A stretch of 63,596 nt of DNA, counting the filler. It is 8 parts of 8 records of this genome, joined end to end, with 100 filler letters (N's around TTAATTAATTAA, not from the genome) between each part and the next. Parts side by side here need not be neighbours in the genome. Positions count along the whole stretch, not along the records: positions 14,183 to 29,306 come from SRR31147125_2270; positions 29,407 to 36,099 come from SRR31147125_2282; 6 more parts are not named here. The stretch is one strand, 5' to 3'. The position numbers were made by a program, and so were the translations under genes. The stretch's first letter is position 1. The number at the start of each line of letters is the position of its first letter. Below, in pieces: positions 20,249-32,091 of this stretch. The notes below the pieces were generated by a model. The model had not been told where the DNA came from. It saw only the letters and a program-made list of their open reading frames with translations, and ran no database searches.

Positions 20249-20574
20249 TGAAAATAGTAGGAGTTACTTCATGTATTGCCGGACTGGCACATACACCAAT
20301 GGCAGCAAGAGCACTGGAAAAAGCTGGAAAAAAACTTTCTCATGATGTAAAAATCGAACAACAGGGAGCAATGGGAAGGGTTAATAAGCTTTCTGATGAT
20401 GAGATAAGTGATGCTGAGGTAGTTATCATTGCTGCAGATAAGGTCATTGAAGGTGAAGAGCGTTTTAAAGGTAAGGTTACTGTAAAAGTGAATATTGGAC
20501 AATGTGTTTCTAATTCCGAAGCAGTTTTAACAAAACTTGTAAATGCTATGGAAGCAAGAAAAAATAAAAATTAA
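20248..20574 (+). CDS. PTS fructose-family IIB
   Basis: VGVTSCIAGLAHT and KIEQQG motifs. Confidence 0.93.
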   Translation: MKIVGVTSCIAGLAHTPMAARALEKAGKKLSHDVKIEQQGAMGRVNKLSDDEISDAEVVIIAADKVIEGEERFKGKVTVKVNIGQCVSNSEAVLTKLVNAMEARKNKN

Positions 20575-20584
20575 GGAGGAAAAA

Positions 20585-21679
20585 ATGTTAAAAGAAACAA
20601 AACAACATTTGATGTCAGGAATCTCTTATGTTTTACCCGTTATTATTGGTGGTTCTTTAGTGGTTGCAGTGGCAAAGATACTAGGATTTGTTGGCGGTGT
20701 GTCAAATCTTGATGATTTTGCAAATACCGGTGGTTTTTATCATTATGTATGGATGTTTCAAAATGTAGGTTGGAGTACTATCGGGCTGATGAATACTGTT
20801 TTAGCAGGTTATATCGCTTACTCCATTGCAGATAAACCCGGCTTGCCCGCAGGGTTCGTTGGTGGTGTATTAGCAGGTTCTACAAATGCAGGTTTTTTAG
20901 GTGCTTTGATAGCAGGTTTCTTTGCTGGATGGATAACTAATATCATTAAAAAGAAGGTTATCATTAAAGGTCCTGCCGCCAGTGCAGTTCCGTTAATAAT
21001 ATTACCTTTATTAAGTATTGGATCCGTCGGAATATTAATGTCTGTTATTTTGGGGCAACCTCTCGGATTCATTAATCAAAGTTTGCTTAACTGGATTACT
21101 GAAATGAGTAAAAGTAATACAAATGTTATCGTTTTAGCTTTAATACTGGGAGCTATGATTGGATTTGATCTGGGCGGTCCAGTAAATAAAGCTGCTTGGA
21201 TGGCTGGAAATGCACTATTTATCAGTGGTGTCTATCTACCAGCTATGATTGTTAATGTTGCTATATGGATTCCACCTTTAGGATATGGTTTGGCTACTTT
21301 AATCAAGAAATCAAATTACTCTTCAACATTTAAAGAAGCAGGAAATGGTGCCCTGATCATGGGAGTTATCGGAATAACTGAGGGAGCTATACCTTTTACC
21401 TTACAAAACCCTATAAAACTAATACCTTTAAATGTTTTAGCTTGTGCAATTGGTGCTGCTAGTTCAATGTTAATGGGTGCTCATGTAAAAATGCCTCCAA
21501 TTGGTGGTATGTATGGATTCTTCTCTGTGGGAAGAGGTTGGGCTTATCTTCTTGGAGGATTAATCGGAGCATTAATAATTGCAATCGGTGCTAATCTCTT
21601 AGTAGATTTCTCAGAATCAGATGAAAAAGAACCTTCAATAAAATTAAATGAAGATGAAATAGAACTTGAATTTAATTAA
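20585..21679 (+). CDS. PTS fructose-family IIC
   Basis: HLMSGISYVLP, FDLGGPVNKAA and GITEGAIPF motifs. ATG at 20585 follows AAGGAGG. Confidence 0.92.
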   Translation: MLKETKQHLMSGISYVLPVIIGGSLVVAVAKILGFVGGVSNLDDFANTGGFYHYVWMFQNVGWSTIGLMNTVLAGYIAYSIADKPGLPAGFVGGVLAGSTNAGFLGALIAGFFAGWITNIIKKKVIIKGPAASAVPLIILPLLSIGSVGILMSVILGQPLGFINQSLLNWITEMSKSNTNVIVLALILGAMIGFDLGGPVNKAAWMAGNALFISGVYLPAMIVNVAIWIPPLGYGLATLIKKSNYSSTFKEAGNGALIMGVIGITEGAIPFTLQNPIKLIPLNVLACAIGAASSMLMGAHVKMPPIGGMYGFFSVGRGWAYLLGGLIGALIIAIGANLLVDFSESDEKEPSIKLNEDEIELEFN

Positions 21680-21698
21680 TTTCGTTAGGAGTTGTGAA

Positions 21699-24339
21699 AT
21701 GAAATCCAAAAGTACATGTTGTCTCTCACTCTCATTGGGATAGAGAATGGTATTTTACATCAGCAAGATCAACAGTATATTTAATAAATCATATAAAAAC
21801 GATACTGGAATTTTTAGAAAAAAACGTAGATTTTAAATATTATTTAATGGATGCGCAGAGTTCATTAGTAGAAGATTATTTAGAGTTTGCTCCGGAAGAC
21901 AGAAGCAGATTAAAAGATTTAATAACTAAAAAAAGATTCTTTGTAGGCCCGTGGTATGCGCAAACAGACCAACTTGTGGTCTCTCAAGAATCAGTAGTGA
22001 GAAACTTACTTTATGGTATTCAGATTGCAGATGAAATGGGGCACTCTATGAAAGTAGCTTATGCCCCTGATATCTTTGGACAAGCTGCAAACGCCCCTCA
22101 GATATATTCTCAATTTGGCATGAACAGGTTTTTATTCTGGAGAGGGGTTTCAAATACAAAATCATATAAAACTGACTTTGTCTGGGAAGGTTCCGATGGA
22201 AGCAAAATGTTAGCTGTTGAAATGCCTTTTGGATATCATTTCGGTGGAAATATCCCGGAAAACGAAGAGGAGATGAAAGAGTATATACATAAGTTTATAG
22301 ATATACTGGATGATAAATCAGCTACAAAAAACATATATTTCCCAAACGGTTTTGATCAGGCACCATTAAGAACAAATCTTTTGGACGTAATAGAGATGTT
22401 TAATAAAGTTGATGAAAAAAGAGAGTATGTTCTGTCAAATCCTGAATTGTTTTTTGATGAATTAGAATATGATGATTTAAATAATAATAATGAAAATTTA
22501 AAAGTATTAAAAGGTGAGTTAACTGAAGGAGCCAAAAGTAGAATACACAAATCAATTTTCTCAACCAGAGCAGATTTAAAGCAAATGAATAATAAAACAG
22601 AAAATTTTATAGTAAATATTCTCGAACCGATTCTTTGCATCTCTCATTCTTTAGGAAATAGATATCCACAAAAAGAATTGGATAAAATATGGAAATTAAT
22701 GTTTCAAAATTCAGCTCATGATAGTATCGGTGCTTGTAATAGTGACACAACCAACAAAGATGTATATTTTAGATATAAAACAGCACTTGATTATGCTGAA
22801 AATCTTTTAGAATTAAATATGAGGCTTATCTCTGTAAAAGCACCTCAAAAGGAACACTATACTTTTAATATATTTAATACATTACCATATAAAAGAAGTG
22901 GTGTAACTAAAATTAAAGCATATATTCCCAAAGAGAATTTTGTAATCTATGATGATAAAAACAATGAACTTGACTATACAATTTTATCAAAAATCGATCA
23001 AACGGAATATGTCCTAAATCAACAGATCAGCTTAAATCCAAGCAAAAAAATCTTTATGCCTTCAAAGGTGTATTTAGCTGAACTTCTAATAGATATAAAA
23101 GAGGTCCCGGCACTGGGATACAATCAAATATACTTTCGATTTGTAGATGAAACTGTTGATAATAAATCACTAAAAAATACTTCTATAATTGAAAATGAAC
23201 ATTATATAGTACAGTTAGAAAAAAACAATACACTAACAATTACCGACAAGCAATCAGGAAAAATTTATAAGAACCAAATGGAGTTAGAAGAAAATGGTGA
23301 TGATGGCGATTCATATAACTACTCTCCACCAAGAAAAGATATGATAATCTCCTCAAAAGAAGCAATATTGGAAAATATAGAAACATCGAACAACTTGGTA
23401 GAAGAAAAAATCAACGCAAGTTTTAAATTAAATATTCCACAGAGTTTGAAAGATAGAGCTAACGGGATAAAAAATGCAGAATTAAAATATAACACAACAA
23501 TATCGCTTAGAAAAGATGAAAAGTTAATAAGATTTAACTTCAGCTTTGATAATCAGGCTTATAGTCATAGAGTTTGCATCGTTTTTGATACAGAGATAAA
23601 GAGTAGTTTATCAACTGCCGACCAACTGTTTGGAACAATCCAAAGACCTGTTAGATTAGAGGAGATGGATATCTGGGAAAAGGAAAACTGGTCAGAAACT
23701 CCGATATCAATAGAGGCAATGCAAAGTTATGTGACTTTACATAATGACAAAACAGGTTGTGCCGTTATTACAGATGGAGTTAGAGAGTACGAAATTATAG
23801 GTGAAGAATATAATAAAATAAGATTAACTCTATTTAGAACTTTTGAGTTTATGGGAAAAGAAAATCTTTTATACAGACCGGGCAGAGCATCTGGTGAGTC
23901 AATAATCAGAACGAAGGACGCACAACTAATTGGAAAAATAAACTGTGAACTTGCTCTTCATACTTATAACAGCAATTTTGATAGCGCAAATATCGCTAAA
24001 ATTGCTAAAGAATATTTAACACCATTAACAGCTTATCAAATATCGGATTTTCTAAATGGAAGACTTCGATTCGCTTGGGAGGATATTGAAAAAACTTTAA
24101 ATAGCAGATATAGTCTTACTAATTTTGAAGAAAATACAGATGCTGTAATGAGTTGCCTAAAGAAATCTCAATACAATGATAACTATATCATAAGGTTTTT
24201 TAATCCATATCTAGACAAAGATGCTTCTATAGATCAAACAAAAATTATTGATGCAGTTAAATTAGATGAAAAAAGTTTTGAAGCCATAAAAGAAAACCTT
24301 AAACATTGTGAATTCCAAACTTACATATTAAAAATTTAA
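21699..24339 (+). CDS. mngB: GH38 alpha-mannosidase (MngB-like mannosylglycerate-phosphate hydrolase); frameshift just after the start
   Basis: The upstream frame reads KVHVVSHSHWDREWYF. Also VGPWYAQTD, PDIFGQ and AHDSIG motifs; lies in a Fru-PTS operon. Confidence 0.8.
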
Positions 24340-24351
24340 ATCGGAGGATAC

Positions 24352-25229
24352 ATGAGTTTAATAGCAGGCATTGAAGCTGGTGGAACTAAATTTATTTGTG
24401 GAATAGGTGACGAGGATGGAAAGATCATAGAAAAAATATCTATCCCAACAACTACACCAGAGGAAACAATGAGTAAAGTAATAGAGTATTTTAAAACTAA
24501 AAAGTTTGAAGCTATGGGAGTTGGTAGTTTTGGACCCTTAAACCTTTCAAAAAAAGTGAAAATTATGGAATGATCACAGAAACTCCAAAAAAATTATGGA
24601 AAAATTTCAACATATTTAAATCATTAAAGAGTAGTTTTGATATTCCTATAGAAATAAATACTGACGTAAATGCTGCTGCTTTCGGAGAATATTATTTCGG
24701 ATCAGCTAAAAGTAAAGACAACCTTCTTTATATCACTGTAGGAACAGGTATTGGATGTGGTTCTATCATCAACGGAGAATCTATTCAAGGATTAACACAT
24801 TCTGAAATGGGACATATTTATGTTAGAAGAAATAAAAATGATAATTTTAAAGGTATTTGTGATTTTCACCATGATTGTCTCGAGGGCTTGGCATCGGGAC
24901 CAGCAATAGAAAAAAGATGGGGCAAGCCGGCTGTAGAGTTATATGAAAACCCTGAAGTCTGGGAACTGGAATCAGATTACTTAGCTCAGGCAATAGTGAA
25001 CTATATATTAATAATCTCTCCTGAAGTAATAATCATGGGAGGTGGAGTTATGCATCAACTCTCTTTGTTTCCATTAATTCATAAAAAAGTACAAAAATTA
25101 CTCAATGAATATATTAGCGAAAAAAGGATTAATGAAAATATAGAAGAATATATAATTCCGTCTAAGCTAATGGACGATCAAGGCCTAATGGGGGCAATAG
25201 CTTTAGGTAAAAAAGGATTAGAAAGATAA
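24352..25229 (+). CDS. ROK-family sugar kinase (fructokinase-like), frameshifted at A-run near 24549-24555
   Basis: GIEAGGTKF, TDVNAAA, TVGTGIG, EMGH and CDFHHDCLEGLASG motifs span the two ORFs. Confidence 0.88.
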
Positions 25230-25248
25230 TATTTACACAACCTTAAAA

Positions 25249-25284
25249 AGCAGGCAGATTAAAATATTTTTCAATCTGCCTGCT
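25249..25284. terminator. Hairpin between convergent genes
   Basis: AGCAGGCAGATT ... AATCTGCCTGCT. Confidence 0.7.
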
Positions 25285-25317
25285 ATATAGTTATCTAATT
25301 TAATTTCGACTTCTGTT

Positions 25318-27561
25318 CTAGATGTTAAATCCTATTACCGTTATATCATCTCTTTGTTTTTCGTTGTTTTTATATGATTCCAATATCTCTTCTAACAATT
25401 GTCTCTGGTCATTCATAGATAGATGGAATGATGATTCCAATGTTTCAGAAAATCTCTGCTTTCCAAAAGATTCATTAATACTGTTATTCTGATCTGGATA
25501 GCCATCTGTTGTCATATAGAAATTCCTTTTACTAGTAATCTCCAAATAATGGTTTGTGTACTCAAATGAAAGCTTTGACCTTCTATATCCTATACTTTGC
25601 TTATCTGGTTTAAGTTCAAACAACTCTAAGTTATCACTATAATAAAGGGAAATTCTGGCCCCTGCATAGGATAATATATTTGACTTCTCATTGATAAAAC
25701 ATAAAGCAATATCTAAACCTTCATCTATTTTCTCATTTGTCGAATCATGATACAACTCATGTTTCAACATATGGTTTAACTCTTTTAAAACACCTGCGGG
25801 ATTATCTATGTATTCCTCTGAAGTTATCCTGTTAATGAGCGCTTCAACCTTCATACTCATCAAGGCTCCTGGCACACCGTGTCCTGTGCAATCTATTAGT
25901 GCAAGGAAAAAGCCCTCTCCAAGCTCTTTGAACCAATAAAAATCACCACCTACGATATCTCGCGGTTTCCATATTACAAAGTGTTCCTTAGTTTTTCTTA
26001 AGAGGTCTAGATTCTTTGGTAAAATTGAGTTTTGAATACTTTCAGCATACAAAATACTGTCTGTTATCTCTTTATTTTGTTTTTCAAGTTCTACTTTCTG
26101 CTTCTCAATATTTTCTGTTCTAATGGCCACTTTTTCTTCCAAAGTTTTATTCAAATCTTGTAAAACATTTTTTTGCTCATGTATCTGCTCAAAATTTTCC
26201 TTCAATACTATGTTCATTTTATTGAAGCCTTTTGCAAGGTGACCTAATTCATCATTTGAGCTAATTTCAACTTTATCACCATATTTTCCTTTTCTAATTT
26301 TCGTTACACCCCGACTAAGTATACAAAGTGGCTCAATTAATATCTTAGAGATATATGCTACTGTTAAGAAAGCGTACACCAAGGCAATCCCCAATAAAAG
26401 CAGAATTATTCTTAAAGTAATATTATTTAAACTTTGCTCCAGAATATGCAGATATGAAGAAATATTTTCAATATCGTTCTCAAATAACTCAAGTGACTGT
26501 AATTTTAATCCCTCTAATAAGTATAAACTTTGCGCTTGCTGTCTACCTATTCTCTTAAGTTCCTCAGTTAAATCCTTCAGACCAATAGCATAACCTATAG
26601 CACCCATAATGACATCGTCTCTGCCTCTTAGAGGATAAAAAATAGCTTTATAAAACTGGTTATCATACTCGAATTCTTTTATAAACTTACCTTTATCCTG
26701 AATTTCACCAAATATCTCTTTGCCAAAAGAAAGCTCTATTCCTTCATCAAATGTAGAAGCATATAATTTTTCTCTATCAAAAATAACTACTTCATTTCTT
26801 AAATAGTTTGCCAACTCTCCAATGTGCTCAACATTTAATGGATAAGTAATAATCATTCCTCCAGAAACAACATTATATGAATCCTTAATCGGGACGTATA
26901 CCTGATATGCAAGTCCATCAGTAGGAGAGTATGCTATATCCTCTATCAACTCCTGCTCTTCGTTTAATATATCCGCTATGTTTTTTTCTACGTAAATGTC
27001 ACTAAAAGAGCTGTAATTTGTTCTTCTACTTTTCCCAACTACTTTTCCATCATACAAAAATATTTTCACATCAACTATTGTATCCTCTTTTGGCCACATT
27101 CTTTTTTTAATATTATTCGCAAGTTTATAGATCGCTGTTAAACCTCTGGCTTGAACAAAAGTTTGTTGAAAATAAGAACCCTTTTTGTGTAAATTTCCTG
27201 ACTCAACAATTCCATTTCCTATTAAATATTCTACTTCTTTTAGCTTAGTTAAAACTTGTGCTTTTGCTCTTAGTTCACTTCGCTTTGTTTCCTCGAAAGT
27301 ATAGGCTATATAAGAGGAGTTCTTAAACATTTCACTTAGTACATTTTCTTTTTCCATTTCCAATTGCTCACTTAGGTCCTTATAATATAGTCTTGTTTTC
27401 TGAGATAGTAAGTGAATATTGTTCTGCGTTCTTCCCTTGAGAGTACTAACCTTATCAATTACCCCTCCTTTAAATTCACGAAAATTTGATTTAATCAAAA
27501 CCTGCGTTGCACTGGTATATATTATAAAAAAAGCAAAAAATGATCCCAGTAATGGAATCAT
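25318..27561 (-). CDS. Membrane sensor with extracytoplasmic domain, HAMP and SpoIIE/PP2C phosphatase domain
   Basis: Two TM segments, HAMP (DELGHLAKGFNKM), VGGDFYW, DCTGHGVPGA, TDGYPDQ and RDDITVIG. Confidence 0.9.
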   Translation of the reverse strand: MIPLLGSFFAFFIIYTSATQVLIKSNFREFKGGVIDKVSTLKGRTQNNIHLLSQKTRLYYKDLSEQLEMEKENVLSEMFKNSSYIAYTFEETKRSELRAKAQVLTKLKEVEYLIGNGIVESGNLHKKGSYFQQTFVQARGLTAIYKLANNIKKRMWPKEDTIVDVKIFLYDGKVVGKSRRTNYSSFSDIYVEKNIADILNEEQELIEDIAYSPTDGLAYQVYVPIKDSYNVVSGGMIITYPLNVEHIGELANYLRNEVVIFDREKLYASTFDEGIELSFGKEIFGEIQDKGKFIKEFEYDNQFYKAIFYPLRGRDDVIMGAIGYAIGLKDLTEELKRIGRQQAQSLYLLEGLKLQSLELFENDIENISSYLHILEQSLNNITLRIILLLLGIALVYAFLTVAYISKILIEPLCILSRGVTKIRKGKYGDKVEISSNDELGHLAKGFNKMNIVLKENFEQIHEQKNVLQDLNKTLEEKVAIRTENIEKQKVELEKQNKEITDSILYAESIQNSILPKNLDLLRKTKEHFVIWKPRDIVGGDFYWFKELGEGFFLALIDCTGHGVPGALMSMKVEALINRITSEEYIDNPAGVLKELNHMLKHELYHDSTNEKIDEGLDIALCFINEKSNILSYAGARISLYYSDNLELFELKPDKQSIGYRRSKLSFEYTNHYLEITSKRNFYMTTDGYPDQNNSINESFGKQRFSETLESSFHLSMNDQRQLLEEILESYKNNEKQRDDITVIGFNI

Positions 27562-27714
27562 AATTTTTTTCTAATTGAGACATGCTTTTTTTAAGAACTT
27601 AATAAATTTCCCCATAATTCTCTCCTACTACAAGTTCATAAGCTTCATTTATTCTTATAGTAAATATATACAATTATGAAAATTAAAATTCAGCATCTTA
27701 ACGATAAAAGTAAA

Positions 27715-29007
27715 CTATTCCGCTACTGGATATGAAGTGATTCTTTTTAAATCTGCCTCCAAATCCTCTACCGCCTTCTCTACACTTACCTTTCCCTTTA
27801 ATGCATCATGTACATGGTTATAGAAGCTTTCAGATACATCCATATACTTTGGAGCAGACTCGCTTGATGGTCTAGGAACTGCGTTGATAAAAACGCCATA
27901 TAACTTTTCAAAAATATCATTATTTTCAAGTACTTCTTTATCTTTATACAGTGATTTCAATGTGGGATTTAGAGAACCATCTATTGCTCTCATTTTTTGG
28001 ACTTTCTCAGAGGTCATAAATTTTAAAACATCCACTGCTAGTTCTTTATTTTTACTATACTTACTTACAGAAAGTTGCCAGCCACCTAAAGTTGCAGCAT
28101 TTTTTCCGCCTCTCCCTTTTGGTAGCGGAGAAACATCAAATTTATCCTTTACCAAACAATCCTCTCTCTTGCTAAGAGAGTAGGGGTATGACCAGTGTCG
28201 CATAAAAGCTACATCACCATTTTCCCAAATTGACCTAACATCTTCCTCTTTCATTCCAAGTACACTTTCAGGAGTAATTTTTCCAATCCAATTTTTTGCC
28301 ATTTTTATAGATTGAATTAAGTTCTCATTATTCACAGTAATTTCTCTCTGTTTATTAATCAAAGTTCCACCACCATTGGAATATACCCATTCAAGAGCAT
28401 TACATGTGAGACCTTCATAAGCATACCCCTGCCATAAATATCCCACAAAATGAGAATTTCCAGCTTTTCTTTCGCCTTCTTGTATTACAAAAGCCATCTC
28501 CTCTAGCTCTTCCCATGTTTGGGGAGGTTTAAAGTAGTTATATTTTTCTAATAAATCCGTTCTATAGTAAAGTAAACCTGCACCTATTCTCCATGGTAGA
28601 GCAAGTAATTTTCCATCTACAGTATTATTTTTTATATTTGCATCAAAAAATCTATAAGAGATTTCCCTAGCTCCATATTTATTTAAGTCTACTAGGTGTT
28701 CCGCAATATCACCTACAAAAACTCCATCAATATGATAAATATCTATCTCAGAACTTTTATTTTCTAGGAATTGCATATATAATCTCGTTCTTTCTGTTGT
28801 AGAATTAGGAGTATCCCAAACCTCTACAATTACATTTGGATTTTCTCTTTCATACATTCGGGCTGCCTCTTGATTTAACTCAAGTTCTTGACCTGCAGCT
28901 CCTAATACCATCACAATTTTAGTTTTTTCTTGTGCTGCATATATAATTGAGGTAAATACAAAAACCAAGAAAAATATTAGTATTTTATTCATAAGCTTGT
29001 TTCTCAT
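27715..29007 (-). CDS. Sugar ABC-type solute-binding protein (trehalose/maltose-binding-like)
   Basis: Signal peptide; LLYYRTDLL, PPQTWEEL, WQG.AYEGLTCNALEW and TLGGWQL motifs. Confidence 0.88.
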   Translation of the reverse strand: MRNKLMNKILIFFLVFVFTSIIYAAQEKTKIVMVLGAAGQELELNQEAARMYERENPNVIVEVWDTPNSTTERTRLYMQFLENKSSEIDIYHIDGVFVGDIAEHLVDLNKYGAREISYRFFDANIKNNTVDGKLLALPWRIGAGLLYYRTDLLEKYNYFKPPQTWEELEEMAFVIQEGERKAGNSHFVGYLWQGYAYEGLTCNALEWVYSNGGGTLINKQREITVNNENLIQSIKMAKNWIGKITPESVLGMKEEDVRSIWENGDVAFMRHWSYPYSLSKREDCLVKDKFDVSPLPKGRGGKNAATLGGWQLSVSKYSKNKELAVDVLKFMTSEKVQKMRAIDGSLNPTLKSLYKDKEVLENNDIFEKLYGVFINAVPRPSSESAPKYMDVSESFYNHVHDALKGKVSVEKAVEDLEADLKRITSYPVAE

Positions 29008-29026
29008 AAAAACCCCTCCATACAGA

Positions 29027-29081
29027 CCTCACCTAAATCCTCTCCTAAATTAGGAGAAAGTGCCCGATAGGGCGGATAAGG
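29027..29081. repeat. REP-like palindromic element
   Basis: TCTCCTAAATTAGGAGA and GCCCGATAGGGC hairpins. Resembles the widespread 'CCTCATCCGCCC..GGGCACCTTCTCC' extragenic repeats. Confidence 0.55.
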
Positions 29082-29406
29082 TATGTTTTAATTTTGAATT
29101 TCCGAGAAAACTCATCCAATTTAGTAGTAGCATTTTTTTGTATAAAAAAATCCCAACCTGCCGTCATTATAGGTTTTTGGTCGCCTTCCTTATAGGTGGT
29201 AGCCAGATGAGAGTAGCATACAGGGTCCGTGCAAGACAAATCTTGTCGTGACAAATCTGATTTACTGCTATCAGCGCCAGCTCCGTAGACGATATTAGGC
29301 CCAAAANNNNNNNNNNNNNNNNNNNNNNNNNNNNNNNNNNNNNNNNNNNNTTAATTAATTAANNNNNNNNNNNNNNNNNNNNNNNNNNNNNNNNNNNNNN
29401 NNNNNN

Positions 29407-30946
29407 CGCAGGCGGTTTAGGTATATTAGCAGGAGACTACGTAAAGGGTGCTCACGACCATAATTATCCCATAGTAGCAATAGGTCTTTTGTGGAAACAA
29501 GGGTATACTGATCAATTGATTAACAAAAACAACAAAGCTTACGACACATATCCAATCTATAAATACGATTTCTTAGAGGATACAGGCGTGGAAGTATGTG
29601 TTAAAATCCGTAGCAGAAATGTATATGCAAAAGTCTGGAAAACAGATAAATTCGGTAATGTTGATTTGTATATGCTAGATACAGACCTTGAAAAAAACCA
29701 AGATCCATGGATTACAGGACAGCTTTACGGGTGGTTTAAAGAGGAGCGTGTAGCACAAGAGATGATATTAGGAATCGGCGGTGTTCGTGCGCTTCGTGCT
29801 CTTAATCTTCCTGTCGACATCTATCACTTTAACGAAGGTCATGCAATATTTGCAGGATTTGAATTAATCAAAGAAAAAATGGAAACAGGTAAATCCTTTG
29901 AAGAAGCCAGGGAAATAATCAAAGCACAAACAGTGTTTACAACACACACACCAATTGTCCAAGGCAATGAAAGCCACACAATAGATAGATTAATGTATAT
30001 GGGGGCAAACAACGGTTTAACCATTGAACAAATGGTTTCAATTGGCGATGCACCATTTAATATGACAGTTGCCGCACTACGTACATGTAAAATAGCAAAT
30101 GCAGTGGCAGAGCTGCACACAAAAACAGCAAAAGCGATGTGGAAACACATTGATGATGGCTGCGACATAATCGGCATAACAAATGCCATTCATCTGCCTA
30201 CATGGGTAGACAGCACTGTAGTTGATTCTAAAGATAATCCAGATGCACTGTGGGCTGCTCATATGAAAAACAAACGCAAACTCATTGAATTTGTTGAGGA
30301 AAGAAATGGCGTAAAATTAGATGAAGATGTATTAACAATTGGTTTCTCTCGCCGTGCCGCCCCATACAAGCGAAGTAATTTTATTTTTACTGATGTTGAT
30401 CTAATGGATAAATTATTTAACGAAAATAAATTACAGATTATATTCTCAGGAAAAGCACATCCCTTAGACGACAAAGGAAAAGCTATCGTTGAAAACTTAG
30501 TTGCGATGAGCATTAAGTACCCAGAAAACGTCGTGTTTTTGCAAAACTACGATATGGAAATCGGTGCAGCGCTTACAAGAGGCTGCGATGTATGGCTAAA
30601 CAATCCTCGTCGCCCTAAAGAAGCAAGCGGTACATCTGGAATGAAAGCAGCAATGAACGGCGTACTAAATTTATCAATTCTAGATGGATGGTGGCCGGAA
30701 GCATGTGATCACGGTGTGAACGGCTGGCAGTTTGGTGATGGATTTGAAAGTAAAGATGACAGCTTACTGGATGAGCATGACTTAAAAGAATTATATAAAG
30801 TTTTACTAGATGAAGTCATACCAACATATTATGATGACCGAATCAAATGGAAAAACATGATGCAAAACAGCATTAACTCATGCAAAGACAAATTCGCCGT
30901 TGCTAGAATGTTAGAAGAGTATTTTAACAATATGTACTTAGCATAA
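29407..30946 (+). CDS. glgP: Alpha-glucan (glycogen/maltodextrin) phosphorylase, 5' partial
   Basis: AGGLGILAGD at the contig edge; HFNEGH, FTTHTP, RRAAPYKR and EASGTSGMKAAMNG motifs. Confidence 0.93.
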
Positions 30947-31032
30947 GTAAGAATTTTGTTGCAAACAATTTAAGCAAGGAAGGGCATTCCAACGCCCTTT
31001 CTTTTAAGTTAGATTTTTTGTAATAGTTTGCG

Positions 31033-32052
31033 TTAATCTGGAACAGCCTGGGTAGACTCTCTTATTATTAGATGAGGCAGAGTTGTATACGATTGAACTT
31101 GCAAATTAGGTCTTTTTACTTTTTTAATTACAAGCTTGCCTGCTTGGATACCCATATCATACATATCAATATCTACTACAGTTAGCTTAGGCTCTGTTAT
31201 ATGTGAATACGGATAATCATCAAAAGTAATTACGCCAATATCATCAGGAATTGAGTATCCTGATGCACGAATCTGCTTTACACATGAATATGCAATATTA
31301 TTATTAGCACAGATAATTACATCTGGCAATTCTTTCCCATTAATAATCTGTATGACTTTTTCCCTGCTTTTTTCCATTGTAGAATCGCAATGTTTAATAA
31401 ACTTAGCATCTATTGACAACTTAGCATTTTCCAGTGCTGTCTTAATACCTATAAGTCGATGTTGAGAAATCATGTCTTCTTCACGACCACCAATGTAAGC
31501 AAGTTTCTTATACCCTTGTTCTATCAAATGTCTTGTTGCTATTTCACCAGAAAGATAATTATTTGTGTCAATCCAACATAACTGACTATTAAAATCAGGT
31601 AATCCTATTACGATATGAGGAAACTCCTCATCTATTAAAATACTCGCAAGTTTTCTTGTGACAACAGATGCATGAAATACTATCCCATCTGCACTTTTTT
31701 GCCCTATTATCTGCTTTGTTAATTCACATGCTTCTTCGCAATTTACTCCTCTAACCTTTAAGGCATAGTTTTTTAAACTTAACTGATGCTCTACCCCTGA
31801 CATAATTTCAAACATATGAGGATTTGTAAATGCAGTATGCTGCTTCAAATCAGTCATAAACACAATGCTATTTGTCTGCTTACGTGCAAAATTACGTGCA
31901 CGCAAATTAGGATGGTATCCCAATTCCTCTATAACCTTATTGACTCTGTCAATAGTTGGCTGTGAAATAGAATAAGAACCATTTAATACTTTTGATACTG
32001 TAGCAGTTGATGTGTTAGCTGCTTTAGCAACATCTTTTATTGTAACTGCCAT
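31033..32052 (-). CDS. LacI-family transcriptional regulator
   Basis: TIKDVAKAANTSTATVSKVLN HTH; IPDDIGVITFDD. Confidence 0.94.
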   Translation of the reverse strand: MAVTIKDVAKAANTSTATVSKVLNGSYSISQPTIDRVNKVIEELGYHPNLRARNFARKQTNSIVFMTDLKQHTAFTNPHMFEIMSGVEHQLSLKNYALKVRGVNCEEACELTKQIIGQKSADGIVFHASVVTRKLASILIDEEFPHIVIGLPDFNSQLCWIDTNNYLSGEIATRHLIEQGYKKLAYIGGREEDMISQHRLIGIKTALENAKLSIDAKFIKHCDSTMEKSREKVIQIINGKELPDVIICANNNIAYSCVKQIRASGYSIPDDIGVITFDDYPYSHITEPKLTVVDIDMYDMGIQAGKLVIKKVKRPNLQVQSYTTLPHLIIRESTQAVPD

Positions 32053-32091
32053 TTACTTACCTCCATAATTTGCAAATGAACATTTAACTTA

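Noticed and set aside
29045-29254. ORFs 29045-29254 (-) and 29060-29251 (+)
   Set aside because: They overlap a REP-like palindrome and have composition atypical for the contig; more likely non-coding repeat.
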